Assembly (NCBI RefSeq): GCF_964213995.1
Contig: NC_135818.1
Span: forward strand, 44,826,001 to 44,890,000
Direction of reading: 5' to 3'
DNA: 64,000 nucleotides
Origin: Mustelus asterias
Lineage: Eukaryota
Below the pieces are notes generated by a model. It worked only from the letters and a program-made list of their open reading frames with translations. It made no database searches and was not told the origin of the DNA. This document shows, piece by piece, positions 1 to 13,156 of this stretch. A program made the position numbers and the translations under genes. Numbering within the stretch: position 1 is the first letter of the stretch; each line of letters opens with the position of its first letter.

Positions 1-268
1 AAACTCTCACTTTAAATATTATCCAAATAGAAAAGGCTCAACATGTTCATGTACCTCAATGGTTAAAGTGGAGTTTAAAAAAGGAGCACTCATTCCCCTG
101 AGCATGCCTCACCCCAGCTTTTGAAACTTCTCATGTAACATCTGATCGTCCCACAACAGTTCACCCAAGCTCAAGTATCATGACTCCAGCCCTGCAGCAG
201 TTGGGATATCTTAAAGACTTGGACTTCGTCACGAAATAAGATAGAACACCGAACATAGAAAAGCTACA

Positions 269-440
269 GCGATGGGCCTACTGGTATTATCGCTCGACTA
301 TTAATCCAGAAACCCAGATAATGTTCTGGGGAACCGGGTTCGAATCCCCCCACGGCAGATGGTGGAATTTGAGTTCAATAAAAAATATCTGGAATTAAGA
401 GTCTACTGCTGACCATGAAACCATTGTCGATTGTCGGAAG
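269..440 (+). mobile_element. tRNA-derived SINE (family B), 5' part only
   Basis: A-box-like tggtattatcgc and B-box ggttcgaatcc; collinear with the full-length copy at 38068-38468. Confidence 0.8.
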
Positions 441-568
441 ATCAATTGATACATTTTTCAGAAAATGTAACTTGTTGCAATGTAACATTTTATAAACTAC
501 TTGTCAAAACCACTGAATTCACCCACTTAGTGTGTATAATGCCCTGCAACATTTGACCTACATGTTGA

Positions 569-1099
569 GGGCAATTCTCCGAGGGGCAAACTGGTAATGC
601 CCAAGGGGCACCTTGGCACTGCCCACTGGTCATTGGGCAGTGCCAAGAGGGCAGGGCCTGAGGTTGTGGGGCCTATTGGGGGGTGGGAGCATTCCGCTGC
701 CACTTTGCATTGAGATCAGTGGCAGAGGGAGGGAAGGGGTGATCGGAGCTGGCCCCGAGAGGTCCAGGAAGCCAGCGATCGGGGGTGGGGTGGTCAGAGA
801 GGCAGTGATGTGGGGTCGTAGGGCTGGCCAGTGATCAGGCTAGCCAGCGATCGGGAGACCAGCAGTGCGGGGCTGCTGTGCATGCGCTGATCTCGGCATT
901 GACAGATTGGCGCATGCGCAGTGGCCCGCTCAGTGCTATGCTGCCGGCCTCTCCAGCAGGAAAAGGCCCCGCCCCCAGATTTTCAGTGTGAATCTCACTA
1001 GGGCACTCTGCGGTGCACAGAGTGTGCGAGGTTCATTCTGAAAAATCTGCTAAAAATATCAGGAATTTGGCACTTAGAATTTTTTTGGGAGAATCGCCC
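569..1099. mobile_element. Non-autonomous PIF/Harbinger-type DNA element (MITE)
   Basis: Inverted termini gggcaattctcc (569-580) / ggagaatcgccc (1088-1099); GC-rich non-coding interior; no clean TSD. Confidence 0.65.
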
Positions 1100-1563
1100 T
1101 CATTGTTGATGAATTAATTTGCGACATACACTCTCTCACCATAAAGAAAATGGTTGCCCTCCAAAACAAGAGGGCTCCATCCTAAACAACCCTCAGCCCA
1201 ACTCTAACTTAGGAAGAATTTTTCCCCAATTTTATTTACATAAAATTTTATTGCAATTACAGCACAGGAACAGGCCATTTGGCCCACACAGTGTTTATAC
1301 TCCACAAGAAACTCTTCCTATCTTCTCTCAGGGGTGGGAACAAACAAACAAGAGTAATGGAAGGGAGAAAAAAATGTGAAAATGTTCAGAGGTGTCAAGA
1401 GAGGGGAGAGGCTGCGACTAGGAATCTGCCAGCTCTAGTGACAGAATAACTGTTTGTCTGAGAGTACATGTGAACAAATTAGGAATTTCAATGACCAATA
1501 AAGACAAAATTTGGAAATTTCATGAAAAAGATCAAAACAGTGGTGGGCATGAACCGAGCTACT

Positions 1564-1688
1564 GGCTCTGATTTTACTGGCACACCTGCCCCAAAATTGG
1601 GAAGGGCGAGGCTCGCAGAACGGCATTCTCCCTTGGCCTCGGCGCGATCTTATGAGCCTCGGACGGGCGCGCTGGTAAAATTCCGACC
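1564..1688. mobile_element. Short Harbinger-type MITE (~125 bp)
   Basis: Termini ggctctgattttac / gtaaaattccgacc; similar copies at 26863-26987 and (inverted) 52809-52931. Confidence 0.6.
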
Positions 1689-3269
1689 ACTATTATAAGT
1701 GCCCAGTAATACAATACTTAGAAAGAGTATCCCAGACTGTCTCAGGTTCATTGGGGGCTCTGGTGTGGTCAAGATATTAGGTGTCAAAAAAGAATACCAG
1801 ATGGTGGCCTTATTCAAACAGCATATACAGACTGGTAAAGATCAACAATATTTTTAATGTAGGAAAGTATCATTCATTCTAAATTACGCTCTAAAAGATA
1901 TCAAAATTGTCACTGGATAAATGTAAAACCTCTCAGAAAGCAATCTATTAAAATGGTCTGCCAGTAGTTTAAAGGAAATATGCCCGGAGATTTATATTGC
2001 CAACTGATACTGGGAATGAAGTGGTTGTCATCATGCTATGTTTCCTATTGCACTAACCAACAAAGGCAAATGTGAGAAAGAGAGAGAGAGTGTGTGGGGG
2101 AGGAAGAAAGTACTATTCTCTTTGGGTTTGTTTGATTGCAGTTTTCTCAATTTGAAGGGATCAGATTGCTTACTCAAGTTGCTGGAAATCAGATGATTGG
2201 CACCAGTGGCCTTTTAACTGCATTGGTAACCTTCCGTTATTGCAAACGCATGCAAATCTAACAATCAATATTGCGAGCAAACTGAAATTCTATTTCCTCA
2301 CTGGCATTTCATGGCGACATTATGAAGTGCATGTATTCAATTTTCCTGGGTGAGATATTCATTCTCAGCCAGAGATCTTCAATAAATTACTTTTCATAAA
2401 TTATGGCTTGTTAATGTGAAGTACAGTGACAGATATATAACCAGACTATTTATAAGTGGAGTCACGTTTGTAAGTGTGATCATGTAACAAAAGGGTTATT
2501 ATCTACTTTTTCCAAAAAACCTTATTTTTCCACTTCTCAAACTTTTCGTGTCCTTTTTTGTTATTCTAAAAATGACTTTCCTGCAAGGTTAACATAGAGC
2601 GAAATGCTTCAATTTTTATTTACAGTTACCTTTTAAAATTATTTGAGCAACACATGGCAACTCGAGGCACTTTCTGCCTATCCACCATCTGCAACACCCT
2701 GAAGAAATGAACATCAGGGCGACTCTTTTGTTAGTGCGTCTATCTAAAATCAGATTTTATAAATCACAAAACCTCAGCCTCTACACAAAATCTTTGCAGC
2801 GGTTTCATTAAATTGAATCAAAGAAGATGACTGTACTAAAGTAATACTGCAATTGACTGCATTTTTTTTGTATGGTGTTACTTCCAACGGTTAAATTGAT
2901 TTTTTTAAAAAAAGAATGCCATTTCAAACTTTTTGGAAGGAAGGAGTTAGTTAAAAGGAATAGATTTAATTTAAGATAGTTTTGAAATAGAATCCATTTA
3001 GTCCTTCAAAACAGAATCTGTCTCTTAGAGCTCTTAGACTGTAACAGGTCCAACAATCGCACACATTTTCAGTAGGACACGATTCGGCAGTAAACCTCTT
3101 GCTGGATTCTATCCTAATGCCACATATCACTTCAGAAGTGGAAAGAAGAATATGAATCCTTCTAAACTCTGTCACACGGAACGTAATGCAAAGAAAGGGA
3201 TCCTGGACAATTGGAACTCAGTAATTGTGCTAATGTGGGCACACTGTTATTAATAAATGGACCTGAATG

Positions 3270-3940
3270 TTTTGCGTGTGGGAGTGGGTGTGTTTGTGTG
3301 CATCTACACGACAGGCATGTGTGTTTGCTGGCACCTATACTAGCATGCAAGCACACTGGAGAACATGTGTTAAAAGCAGCCAACATAATCAAGGACCCCA
3401 CCCACACCAGACATACTCTCTTCCACCTTCTTCCCTCGGGAAAAAGATACAAAAGTATGAGGTCACATACCAACCGATTCAAGAACAGCTTCTTCCCTGC
3501 TGCCATCAGACTTTTGAATGGACCTACCTTATATCAAGTTGATCTTTCTCTACACCCTAGCTATGACTGTAACACTACATTCTGCACTCTCTCCTTTCCT
3601 TTGCTATAAATGTTATGCCTTGTCTGTATAGCGCTCAAGAAACAATTCTTTTTATTATATACTAATACGCATGATAATAATAAATCAAATCAAATCAAAA
3701 TCGGTGTGTTTGTGGACACAGAGACATGAATGAGTGTATGGGCATGTATGAGGGCCTGGGGATGACTAAGCCAGTGTGCAGACGAAGAAATGAATGTATG
3801 TGTATGTTTGGGTGTGCAAACGTGAGAATGTTGTGGACAGCTATGCGTGTTTATGTATGCAGGTATATGTATACGTGCATGTAAAAATATGTGGACATGT
3901 ATGCATGTAGATATACAAGCGCAGGCCTGTGCTGAGGGGG
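3270..3940. repeat. Degenerate TG/TATG low-complexity tract interrupted by a Rex1 fragment
   Basis: gtgtgt/atgt-rich sequence on both sides of 3373-3702. Confidence 0.6.
3373..3702 (+). mobile_element. Rex1/Babar LINE 3' end
   Basis: Translation IIKDPTH..HTLFHLLPSGKRYKSMRSHTNRFKNSFFPAAIRLLN is the Rex1/Babar ORF C-terminus; (aaatc)n tail. Confidence 0.85.
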
Positions 3941-4016
3941 CTAAAATACTGGCTTTCAGAATATAGATAAATCTGAAAGAGTAGGGAAAATACATGTGTG
4001 CATTAGGGAAGAATTT

Positions 4017-4337
4017 ATCATAGAATCCTACAGTACAGAAGGAGGCCATTTGGCCCAACGAGTCTGCACTGACCACAATCCCACCCAGGTCTGGGTGGGA
4101 TTGTGGTGATTATCCCTAGCTAGTCCCCCTGATGCTAAAGGGCAATTTGGCATGGCCAATCCACTTAATCCACACATCTTTGGACTGTGGGAGGAAACTG
4201 GAGCACCCAGAGGAAACCCATGCAGACACAGGGAGAATGTGCAAACTCCACACAGACAGTGACCCAAGCTGGGAATCAAACCCAGGTCCCTGGCGTTGTG
4301 AGATAGCAGTGCTAACCACTGTGCCACCATGTCACCC
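4017..4337 (-). mobile_element. HE1-type V-SINE
   Basis: tRNA-like head, V-domain (gtggagtttgcacattctcc...tttcctcccacagtccaaagatgtg) and CR1-like tail. Confidence 0.9.
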
Positions 4338-4489
4338 CTAGTTAACTCCAGTATTAATCATGGAGATGATTTAACTCACTTTTTCTCAGATCATGACCTG
4401 TTTTAAACTAATATTTGAATATTTTTATCAAACAATGCTTGAGAAGACTTAGAAACTTATTTTCTTCTCACCTGGAAATCACCTTAAAT

Positions 4490-5400
4490 ATTGAAGCCAG
4501 AAGATGACATTTGGGCCTATCATGCCTGTGTTAACTCCGAGAGTTACTCAATTACTCCCACTCTTCTGCTCTTCCCCCACAGTTCAGCACATTTCCCTTT
4601 TCAAGTAGTTATATAATCCTCTTGATTTTATTGCAACCATTCTTTCATGAAATACATTCCAGATCATAACAACATGCTGCATATTTTTCTTTTTGCCAAC
4701 TGCCTTCAATCTGTATCCTTTTGTTGTCAACCCTCTATCACACGTAATAAATTTTCCTTCTTTTTCTCTTGAACCCAACAAGACTCTGAACACCTCAATC
4801 AAATTTCTCCTTTAACCTTCTCTGTTCTAAGGTGAATGACCCCAATTTGTCCAGTTTCTCCATATGAATGAAGTCTTATCAGGTTCCATTGTAGTAAATC
4901 CTATCTTTGACATCTTTATATTGTGTTGCCCAAGATAGACCACAATATTAGAGCAGCTCAGTGGTAGAGTGGTTAGCACTGTTGCCTCACAACGCAAGGG
5001 ATACGGGTCCGATTCTGGCCTTGCGTCACTGTCTGTGTGGAGTTTGCACATCCCCCCCCAAGCCTGTGTGCTCCAGTTTCCTCCAACAGTCCAAAGATGT
5101 GCAGGTTAGGTTGATTGGCCATGCTATATGCCCCCAAGTATCACAAGATGTATAGGTTAGGGGGATTGGCCATGTTGAATGTGTGAGGTTACAGGGATAG
5201 GGCACAGGAGGGAGTCAGTGCAGATTCAATGGGCCAAATGGCCTCTTTCTGCTACGTAGGGATTCTAAGATATTCCAGCTGGGACATTACCAAGTATTTA
5301 TAAAAGTTCAACACAACTGCTTTGTCTTTGTGCTGCATTCCTCTATTAATAAAGTCAAGGATCCCTTGCATCTTTTTAACAGCTTTCTCAAGTAACTGCA
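4490..5400 (-). mobile_element. Old CR1-group LINE 3' fragment split by a SINE
   Basis: Decayed C-terminal motifs IEVFRVL..GYRLK..VVMIWN; sequence resumes after 5270. Confidence 0.6.
4952..5270 (+). mobile_element. HE1-type V-SINE (diverged)
   Basis: Same head/V-domain/tail architecture as other copies. Confidence 0.85.
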
Positions 5401-5641
5401 AGTACTTACTCAACTCCTATTCGTTCTGAAACTGGCTTGCTCTTTAGGGAGTTCAGGCTCCAACAATGGAGGGAACCTGATCGGGGAAGATGCTTAAAAA
5501 ATTTGAGACTGCCCACCAATGCTTGCTTAAGATAAATGTTACATGCTATTGATTAGCATATGACACTGTGTGGTGACATGATTTTCCTGTGCCAGGCTAC
5601 GATGCATGTCCTCTCTTCAATGTTTAGCATTTGGAGATACA

Positions 5642-5755
5642 GGGCAGAATTTCCTCATAAAAGTTCTAAGTGTAAAACGGGCGAGAAAACAGGAGGCTTT
5701 CTTGCCAGTTTTTTCAGCGAGGTAAGTCATGGTAATTTATGGCACTCTGTGCAAT
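5642..5755. mobile_element. Harbinger-type MITE end fragment
   Basis: gggcagaatttcc...aagttctaagtg resembles the inverted terminus of the 569-1099 element. Confidence 0.5.
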
Positions 5756-6197
5756 ACAGTTTTGCTCCATTTAGTGACTTTGGAATTTGTCAAGTACAAT
5801 GATGCAAATGTCAGGAATCTTAATAACTTGATCTTTTAAATACAATTAATACTTATTGTTTTTCTGCCAGTAAATACATTAAATCATTTTACAAAGCATG
5901 ACTTTGTAGCAACATATGAAAAAAATCAAATAGAGCAGTGGTGTTGACCTTACATCGCTAAATATTTCTCTCTCGTCTGAAGAACAACCATTCACAACTA
6001 CTCTCTGCTTTTTGCCCCTCATTTTTGTCTATGCACCAACTGCCCTTGAATCAAATTGCCTTCATAATTGCAAGCAAGCCTGTTAGGTGGTAATATAGCA
6101 AATCCCTGTTCAAAGTTCATATAAACATCACCTGAAATGCCCTCATCCACCTTTCCCGTTACTTCAAATGGACTCAATCAACTTAGCCAAATACAAT

Positions 6198-6600
6198 GGG
6201 GGTGATTTTCCACTCCAGTTTTCAGCGGACGAGATCAGCAATGGGAGCAGAAAATCCTGCAGGAGGTCTGAAACGGGATTTACCCATTTCCCATACTGAG
6301 TGACCATACCCCCTGCAATGATGCAATGGGAATCCCGACATTCAACGTTGAGCCCCCCATTAAAATAAATCAACATTTCACCATCAGACCTTTATGCTTG
6401 ATAATCCCCATTTAAATGATCCATTCATGTCAGCGTGAGGGTGCAATGATGTGAACCATGACAGGTCTCCCATGGCATGCACCTGGTGAGCAGAATCCGC
6501 CAGAGGAATTCAGGTGTGTGTATCATTCAGGGAGGAGAGGATCGTGTCCGGGCACTGCCCCTGACATTGCCCCTGTTCAGGGTTGGGAGGGGGGTTTGCG
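6198..6600. mobile_element. Harbinger-type non-autonomous element fragment
   Basis: ggggtgattttcc terminus; interior resembles 48707-49600. Confidence 0.45.
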
Positions 6601-6899
6601 ATTTTGAACTTTTTGTATTGAGGTGTTCTTTAAACAAAGTTGCTGAATTCAATCCGAGCCGGCCCCAGCAGCGTCACATCAGGGGACACAACCTTTTCAT
6701 TGTTTTCAGCTATGAGCCGATCGATATGGTGGTGAAAGCCGCCATTAAGGTCAAAGGCTTCTATGCCATTTATCCCACCTTCTGCATCACTCTGCCTAAA
6801 AATGGGACAATTCAGACTAATGGCTGGGATTTTCCAGTGATTTTTGCAAAGGGAAACAGTGCACATGGGAATGGAAAATTTGATATCCTTGGCTAGCAA

Positions 6900-7200
6900 A
6901 AGTATAGCACACTACACCATGTTTTGCATGAAGAAGTGTTTCTGAACTTGACTCCTAAATGGTCTGGATATAACTTTAAAGAAAAACTTCTACATTCTTG
7001 ACTGACTCACCAGTGAAAAACATTTCTCTCTGTGTACTTTACCAATTCCTTTCAAATCTTCAATCAAATTACAACTTAAGCTTCTATATTCCAGGAAGTA
7101 CAAACCTAAAGGAGACAATTTCCCTCATAATTTAAACTTTGAAGACCTGGTAAAATTCTGATGAATCTGCGTTGCCCTCCTTCCAAGGCCACTGTATCCT
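6900..7200 (-). mobile_element. Old CR1 3' fragment
   Basis: Decayed similarity to CR1 C-terminal region (atgaagaagtgtttctgaac..., ccctcataatttaa). Confidence 0.45.
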
Positions 7201-7230
7201 TTCAGAAGTGTGGGAGGGGTGATTTTCCCG

Positions 7231-7323
7231 GCCTGGGATAGGGCCTGGGTGAGATTGTAGTTGGTCCAGACACAATGGGCTGAATGGTCTCCTTCTGCAT
7301 TGTAGGGATTCTATGATTTTATG
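7231..7323 (+). mobile_element. HE1 SINE 3' tail fragment
   Basis: gggcctgggtgagattgt...ccttctgcattgtagggattctatg. Confidence 0.75.
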
Positions 7324-7729
7324 ACAGAGAAACAGGGCAGTCAAGTGGGGGGAGGGGTATGGGGGGGGGCGTTGGGAATGCCGGCAATGATTGTGGAGGA
7401 GAGGGATGGGGATGCTGGTGATGACTGTGGGATACGGCACGGTGGGGGGGGGGGGGGGGGGGGGCCTGATACCTCCATAGTGGGGAAGGAGGGTGGAGTT
7501 TATTTTTTGTTCTGATTGGGGCACCATTTAAAGATGGCACCCCTATCTCTGCAGAGTGGATCTTGTTGGCTTGATGAGGCCCCGCCCACTCATTTGTTTT
7601 AGACTAAGATGTTCAAAATTTGGAGATAAAACTGCTCAGTGGAGCTGGAAAGCTTCACACCAGTTTTCTGTTTGAGCCTGAAATTTTGGTAGCAATCCCC
7701 AAAATCTCTTTGTAAGATTATGCATTTGT

Positions 7730-8520
7730 TTTGAAGGATCCCTCTGATCTTGACTATTTGTTAATATAGCTGCCAAAGCATGTTTCTGTTAATCTTTATA
7801 TCTTTCACATGTTACTTTTCATACCCCCAATTGCAGCATTTTTTGTCTGCCTTTTCCATTATTTAATCTCCCCCTGTATCTACATTATTCTGCGCACTTT
7901 TTGAACTCCTTCAGTTTTAAGCAATCTCTCACCTCTTTTGTTAACCTTGGATGTTCTATTTAGTAAATGAAGCTATTGTCCCTTAGGGTTATATAATGAT
8001 CCTGCAAGAGTTAAATTAATTTTTGAACACCTCCTACTGCTCATCTGTAGGTTCACCTGGGATCAGTGTGCTGTCAGCAGTTACTGACTCATCCCGTTGA
8101 GGTTAGCCTTAACTGACATTCCATTTCAAACTTAAATTCAATCATATTATGATTATTGTTCGTTAAATGTTCCATTATTATTAGATTAAAACTAATTCTG
8201 GCTCATTACTGTATTCTAATTCTGGAGTGGCCTATCTTCCTTTTGGCTCCAGAGCACTTTGCTTCCAAAGATTTTTCTGAAGAAACGCCTTTCTGACTTG
8301 AGTTCCATTGTTCTTCCCAATTATATGAAAATTAAATTCTCCCATTAAAGCAACTCTACTTTTGCTACACGTCTCGCTAACCTCTGAATTAATGCATTCT
8401 ACTACTTCATTGCTGCCAGCAGAAGAGCTTGAAGCCAGCACCCGTTGAATATTTAAGGCCTTTCTTCATCCTCAATTATAACTCCCGAGTCTTTGTTAAT
8501 GCTTTCCCATATTAATACCC
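7730..8520 (-). mobile_element. Old CR1 ORF2 endonuclease-region remnant
   Basis: ORF 8232-8441 contains the APE motif VALMGEFNF (GDFN-like) and EPKGR. Confidence 0.55.
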
Positions 8521-9864
8521 TCTCTTACTAGATAATATAAGAAGGTGAGGTTGGGAAAGTTGGACGTCACCTTAATCATTGGCCCACTCCACTCTTGTCG
8601 GTTAGGCAGAACTCAAATCGACTTTATAATTGAATTTCCTTTCCATTCAGGCCATTGTTGTCTGGTGCAGTTTAAAGTAAAGAGAAACTATACTGACATC
8701 CAGAGCTAGCAAAATAAAAAATGCTTTTCTTCCTCTAATGGCGGTGGTACCCACGTGTTTCAGGATGCTGACTTGATGAAGCGATGCAGCCTGCCTGCGA
8801 CCAAATTTCAACATTTCCATTTCATCTGTCTGGTCATTTGGATTACAGTAAATTAATTGGCTCTGGAGTTGGAGAACTTTCCATTAGACAGTGAAACTCT
8901 GTAGTAATGAAGCGCAAGGGCACATTAGATAAATAATGACTCTGGTCACTATGTGTAGTAGCATTGTGAATACATTCCAAGGGAACATGTTTATAATTCA
9001 CGAGATACAGCAATCAGAATAATTTCCCCCGATAAATACATAAATTAATTCTGTTTCGGGATCATTATCTTGATTATTTACTGGTGTGCTTCCTCCTGTT
9101 CCATTAGCCACAGCGATCCTCCAGTTTAAATTTGTTATTCAGATGAGAAAACCAGCATTCATGAGCATTTGGAGGATTCCTGATGACATGCTCTATATCT
9201 AAAGTAATTTTCTTTTTTAAAGCATGCAGCTATTATTTCCATGCTGGCGAAGAAGCATTTATTGAAGAGGGAAACTGTTGACCATTTTTGTCAGTAAAAT
9301 AATCATTTTCAATGAGAATATTTCACATCTTGTCAGACACATGATTGATCTCAGCAGGAAGACTGTCATTCTGGGCAGCAAAATAGTCTTTCATCAGAAA
9401 CATCACCATTTTGTAGCGGAGTATGTGAAGCTGACTGCAGAGATGGAGGCCAGTGGCACAACAGCACTGCAAAAACACATTAAACTTGCACTCCTTTAAT
9501 GGGGTTTAAATATTTATAACACATACAAAGTACAACATGCTGCAATCTTCACGTTACACTGTGAAATATCCATGCGCACAAGACAAAATGTTGGTTTCTA
9601 TTTGTTTTAATCCTCATTTAATTATTTAACACAGAACAGGCGTTCACACATAATATCATATTCTGAGCCATTTTGTACTTTATTTTTAACTTAATTGCTT
9701 CTAAAATCAACAGTACATTATTTGAAATATAGACTATGCTTGAGTTAGTTTGATTTTGAATGCTGGATAATCACAGCTGCTATCTTCTGGATGATCCATT
9801 CTTGAATGTAAATTGCTGCAATGTTGCTTTATAAATGGATATGATTAACATTTGTAATGGAACC

Positions 9865-10050
9865 CATATAATCTTGCAGCACAGAAGGAGGCCATTTGGC
9901 CCATCGGGTGTGAGCTGCTCTTTGAAAAAGGTTATCCATTTAGTCTCACTCCCCTGCTCTTTTCCCATAGCAGATTTCTCCATGTAGTTATCCAATTCCA
10001 TTTTGAAAGTTGCTATCAAATCTGCTTTCAAGCAATGCATTCCAGATCAT
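9865..10050 (-). mobile_element. Old CR1 3' end fragment
   Basis: TFKMELDNYM motif and cagcacagaaggaggccatttggccc tail. Confidence 0.6.
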
Positions 10051-10109
10051 CAAAGCTCAAGCATAGTATTCTCTATGGACAAATGACGCTGCAAGTTTGT
10101 TTCAGCATT

Positions 10110-11211
10110 TTATTTTATTCTTTCACAGGCGTCACTGACTAGATCAGCATTTCTTGCCTATTGCTAATTGTCCTTGAGAGGATGGTGATGAGCTGTCTTC
10201 ATGAACTCATGTAGCCCATGTTGGTACAGGTTCACCCATAGTGCTGTTAGGAAGGGAGTTCCAGGACTCTGACCCAGAGACAATGAAGCACCAGTGCATA
10301 AATTCCAAATCAGTATGGTGTATGGCATGGAGGGGAACCTGGCGGTGGTGCTGTGGCCATGCATCGGCTGTTCTTGCCTTCTATACGTAAGAGGTCACAG
10401 AAGGTTCTGAGGAAGGAGACTTGGTGCATTGCTATAGTGCTTCATCTAATTGGTACACACTGTTGTCATTATGCATTGGTGGAGGAGGGAGTGAAGGTTG
10501 AAGGTGGTGGATGGATGGCAATCAAGTGGCTGCTTTGCCCTGGACAAGTTTCTTGAGTGTTGTTGGAGCCGCATTCATTCAGGCAAGTGGAGAGTATTCT
10601 ATCACACTGCTGACTTGTGCCTTGTAGATGGTGGACAGGTTTTGGAGAGTCAGGAAATGAGTTACTCTCTGCAGAATTCCCAGTCTCTGAACTGCTCTTG
10701 TATTTATATGGTTAGTCCAGTTCAATTCCTGTTGATGGAGGGCTTTCAGTGATAGCAATGCCATTGAATGTCAAGCGGAGATGGTTAGATTCTCTCTTTT
10801 TGTAGATGGCCATTGCCAGGTACTTGAGTGGCACATGTGTTATTTACCACATACCAGCCCAAGTCTGAGTGTTGTCCAGAGCTTGCTGAATATGAACATG
10901 GACTGCTGCAGTACCTGAGGTGCATGAATGGTACTGAACCCATCTGGTTCACTAATGTCCTTTAGGGAAGGAAATCTACTGCCCTTACCTAGTCTAACCT
11001 ACATATGACTCCAGAGCCACAGCACTGTGGCTGATTCTCAACTGCCCTCCAAGGGCAACTAGGGATGGGCAATAAATGCTGACCAGCCAGCGATGCCCAT
11101 GTCCCACGAATTAATTTTTTTAAGTATTGTGTTATCATCTCCGCTTCTGTTCTGATGGAAAGAAGGTCATTGATGAAGCAGCTGAAGATGATTGGACCTT
11201 GGACACGACCC
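10110..11211 (-). mobile_element. CR1-group (L2/Crack-like) LINE RT and 3' end, interrupted by a SINE
   Basis: QGPIIFSCFINDL and LNWTNHIN..RLGILQR..IYKAQV..EYSPLA motifs; 3' tail matches the family-B SINE tail. Confidence 0.8.
10939..11121 (+). mobile_element. tRNA-derived SINE family B, 3' half
   Basis: ccatctggttcactaatgtcctttagggaaggaaatct...gggcaataaatgctg matches 38068-38468. Confidence 0.8.
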
Positions 11212-11309
11212 AAACCCCGTTGATGGAAAATCAGAAACTGTTTCCAGAAATGGTTTCCTGGAATGCATTCCATATGAGTATCACAACCCTTTAGGATTAC
11301 CACATCATA

Positions 11310-11632
11310 TTATAGAATCCTACAGTGCAGAAGGAGGCCATTCAGCCCATCAAACCTGCACTAACAACAATCCCACCCAGGCCCTATCTGCATAACCCCT
11401 CATATTTACCCTGCTAACCCCCCCCGACACTAAGGGTCAACTTAGCATGTTCAATCAACCTAACCCACACATATTTGGACTGTGGGAGGAAATCGGAGCA
11501 CCCAGAGGAAAACCATGCAGTCACAGGGTGAATGTGCAAACTCTGCACAGACAGTGACCCAAGACCAGAATCAAACCCAGTTCCCTGGCGCTCTGAGGCA
11601 GCACTGCTAACCACTGTGCCACTGTGCCACCC
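11310..11632 (-). mobile_element. HE1-type V-SINE
   Basis: Full head/V-domain/tail. Confidence 0.9.
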
Positions 11633-12294
11633 CATTATAGCATTATAAATACAATAAAGTGATCTAAAATTTAATATTGTAATATATTAGTGAGAAAAGT
11701 ACAATATTTTCTGAAGGTGGTTCCTGCTGGTGTTATTATATAATCAAAACCTTACTTTATTTTCTCTCTTCTACTTTCTTTCTCTAACAGGCTCTCTATC
11801 ACTAACTATCTTTTTTCTCATTATCTTCCTTTCTGATGATGGAAAAAAAGTTACTCAGGTTGCCATGTTGGTATAAAGGCATTCACTATATCCTGAGATA
11901 ATGGGTGCAGGAGGGTTATGGCTACTATATCTATAGGTTTTATCAATGGAGAATTTCTCTCTCTCACAAAATCGCTGTTCTCTGTATCAGGGATTAATTC
12001 AGAGCAGGATCAATATTCTGCTCTACCTGAAGAATAGCTACGTAACATAAATATGAATGTATTTACACTAAATGCCAAGTTGTCTATAAAAAACAGTGAC
12101 CTGGCAGACATTAATATTAATCGCACTATTCTGGGCAAAACAGAAATGAATGTTATTGCCTTACAATTAATAAAAGCACACCAGAGTTGAATACAATAAT
12201 CTGCATGGAACTATTATACATGGCAGGCATGCAGCAATCTGCATGACAGGGGTGAGTAATCATACAACACAAATCTGCATTTAAGTAATCTTAC

Positions 12295-12382
12295 CGAGCA
12301 AGCTGTACCTGTCAGCATCCAGAAGGACCATGATACATCTGAACACTACCTGGTAATCTATGAATTCACAGAGCCTGTTTAT
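12295..12382 (-). other. Candidate 88-nt exon
   Basis: Long polypyrimidine tract + AG acceptor and G|GTAAG donor on the minus strand; one open frame (INRLCEFIDYQVVFRCIMVLLDADRYSLL); product not recognised. Confidence 0.3.
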
Positions 12383-13112
12383 CTTCCAAACAGACAGCAG
12401 GAAGGATAAAAGAAAAGAAACAGAGACAGCAAAGCCATGTGGAATACATCTGAGGCTAATAGAACTGATTGAGTGATTGGTTGCTCCCAGAACTTGCCCA
12501 CACGTTCCGAAAGCATGTCTCACTGAGTTGGGACCGTAGAACCAACCACCCGATTGACATTATAATCAGATTAGTAAGCTACAAATTCCTGGAGGCTTAA
12601 GCACAGCCTCCTTAGATCTTTATATCTCTTATTTTGAGTTAATCAGATGCAAGTCAGACATACTCTGCAATCGTTCTGACTATAACTTTCAATGGACTTT
12701 CTCCATTTCAAACAACCGTTCCTGGAATTTTCTTTACTGGCGTTCTAGAGTTTAATTATTAAGGACCTTGGTTCGTATTGATTTAAAGTTTTCTTTTATT
12801 TTTCACAAAGTTGTATCTCCAGTATCTTTGATATTTCCTGATTGGCGATGTTTGCCAGTTATATTTATACATTGCAAGATTCATTTTCCCACTTATCTGG
12901 TATTAAACAAATTCTTTTTGGAATTCCAAAAGCAGTGTTGAATTTGAAAGAGGAGGAGGTGATTGTGCACAGGTAAGGAAAGGCATGTGTAATTGCACCT
13001 CAGGCATCTGATTATCCATTGGGATTTATCCCAGGTTTTGGGTTTTCATACCTGCCTTCATCACTGTGACCTTTTGAGATCTGTTGTGATCATTTCTCTA
13101 TAGAAAGGATTT

Positions 13113-13156
13113 GGGGGTGAGGGGGGGTGAGGGGGGGGGGGGGGGGGGGGGGGGGA
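13113..13156 (+). repeat. G-tract with G-quadruplex potential
   Basis: ggggg tga ggggggg tga followed by a ~25-nt G run. Confidence 0.7.

Noticed and set aside
7441-7464. Poly-G run as a regulatory element
   Set aside because: Lies within a decayed DNA element; such homopolymers are common here and their length is error-prone
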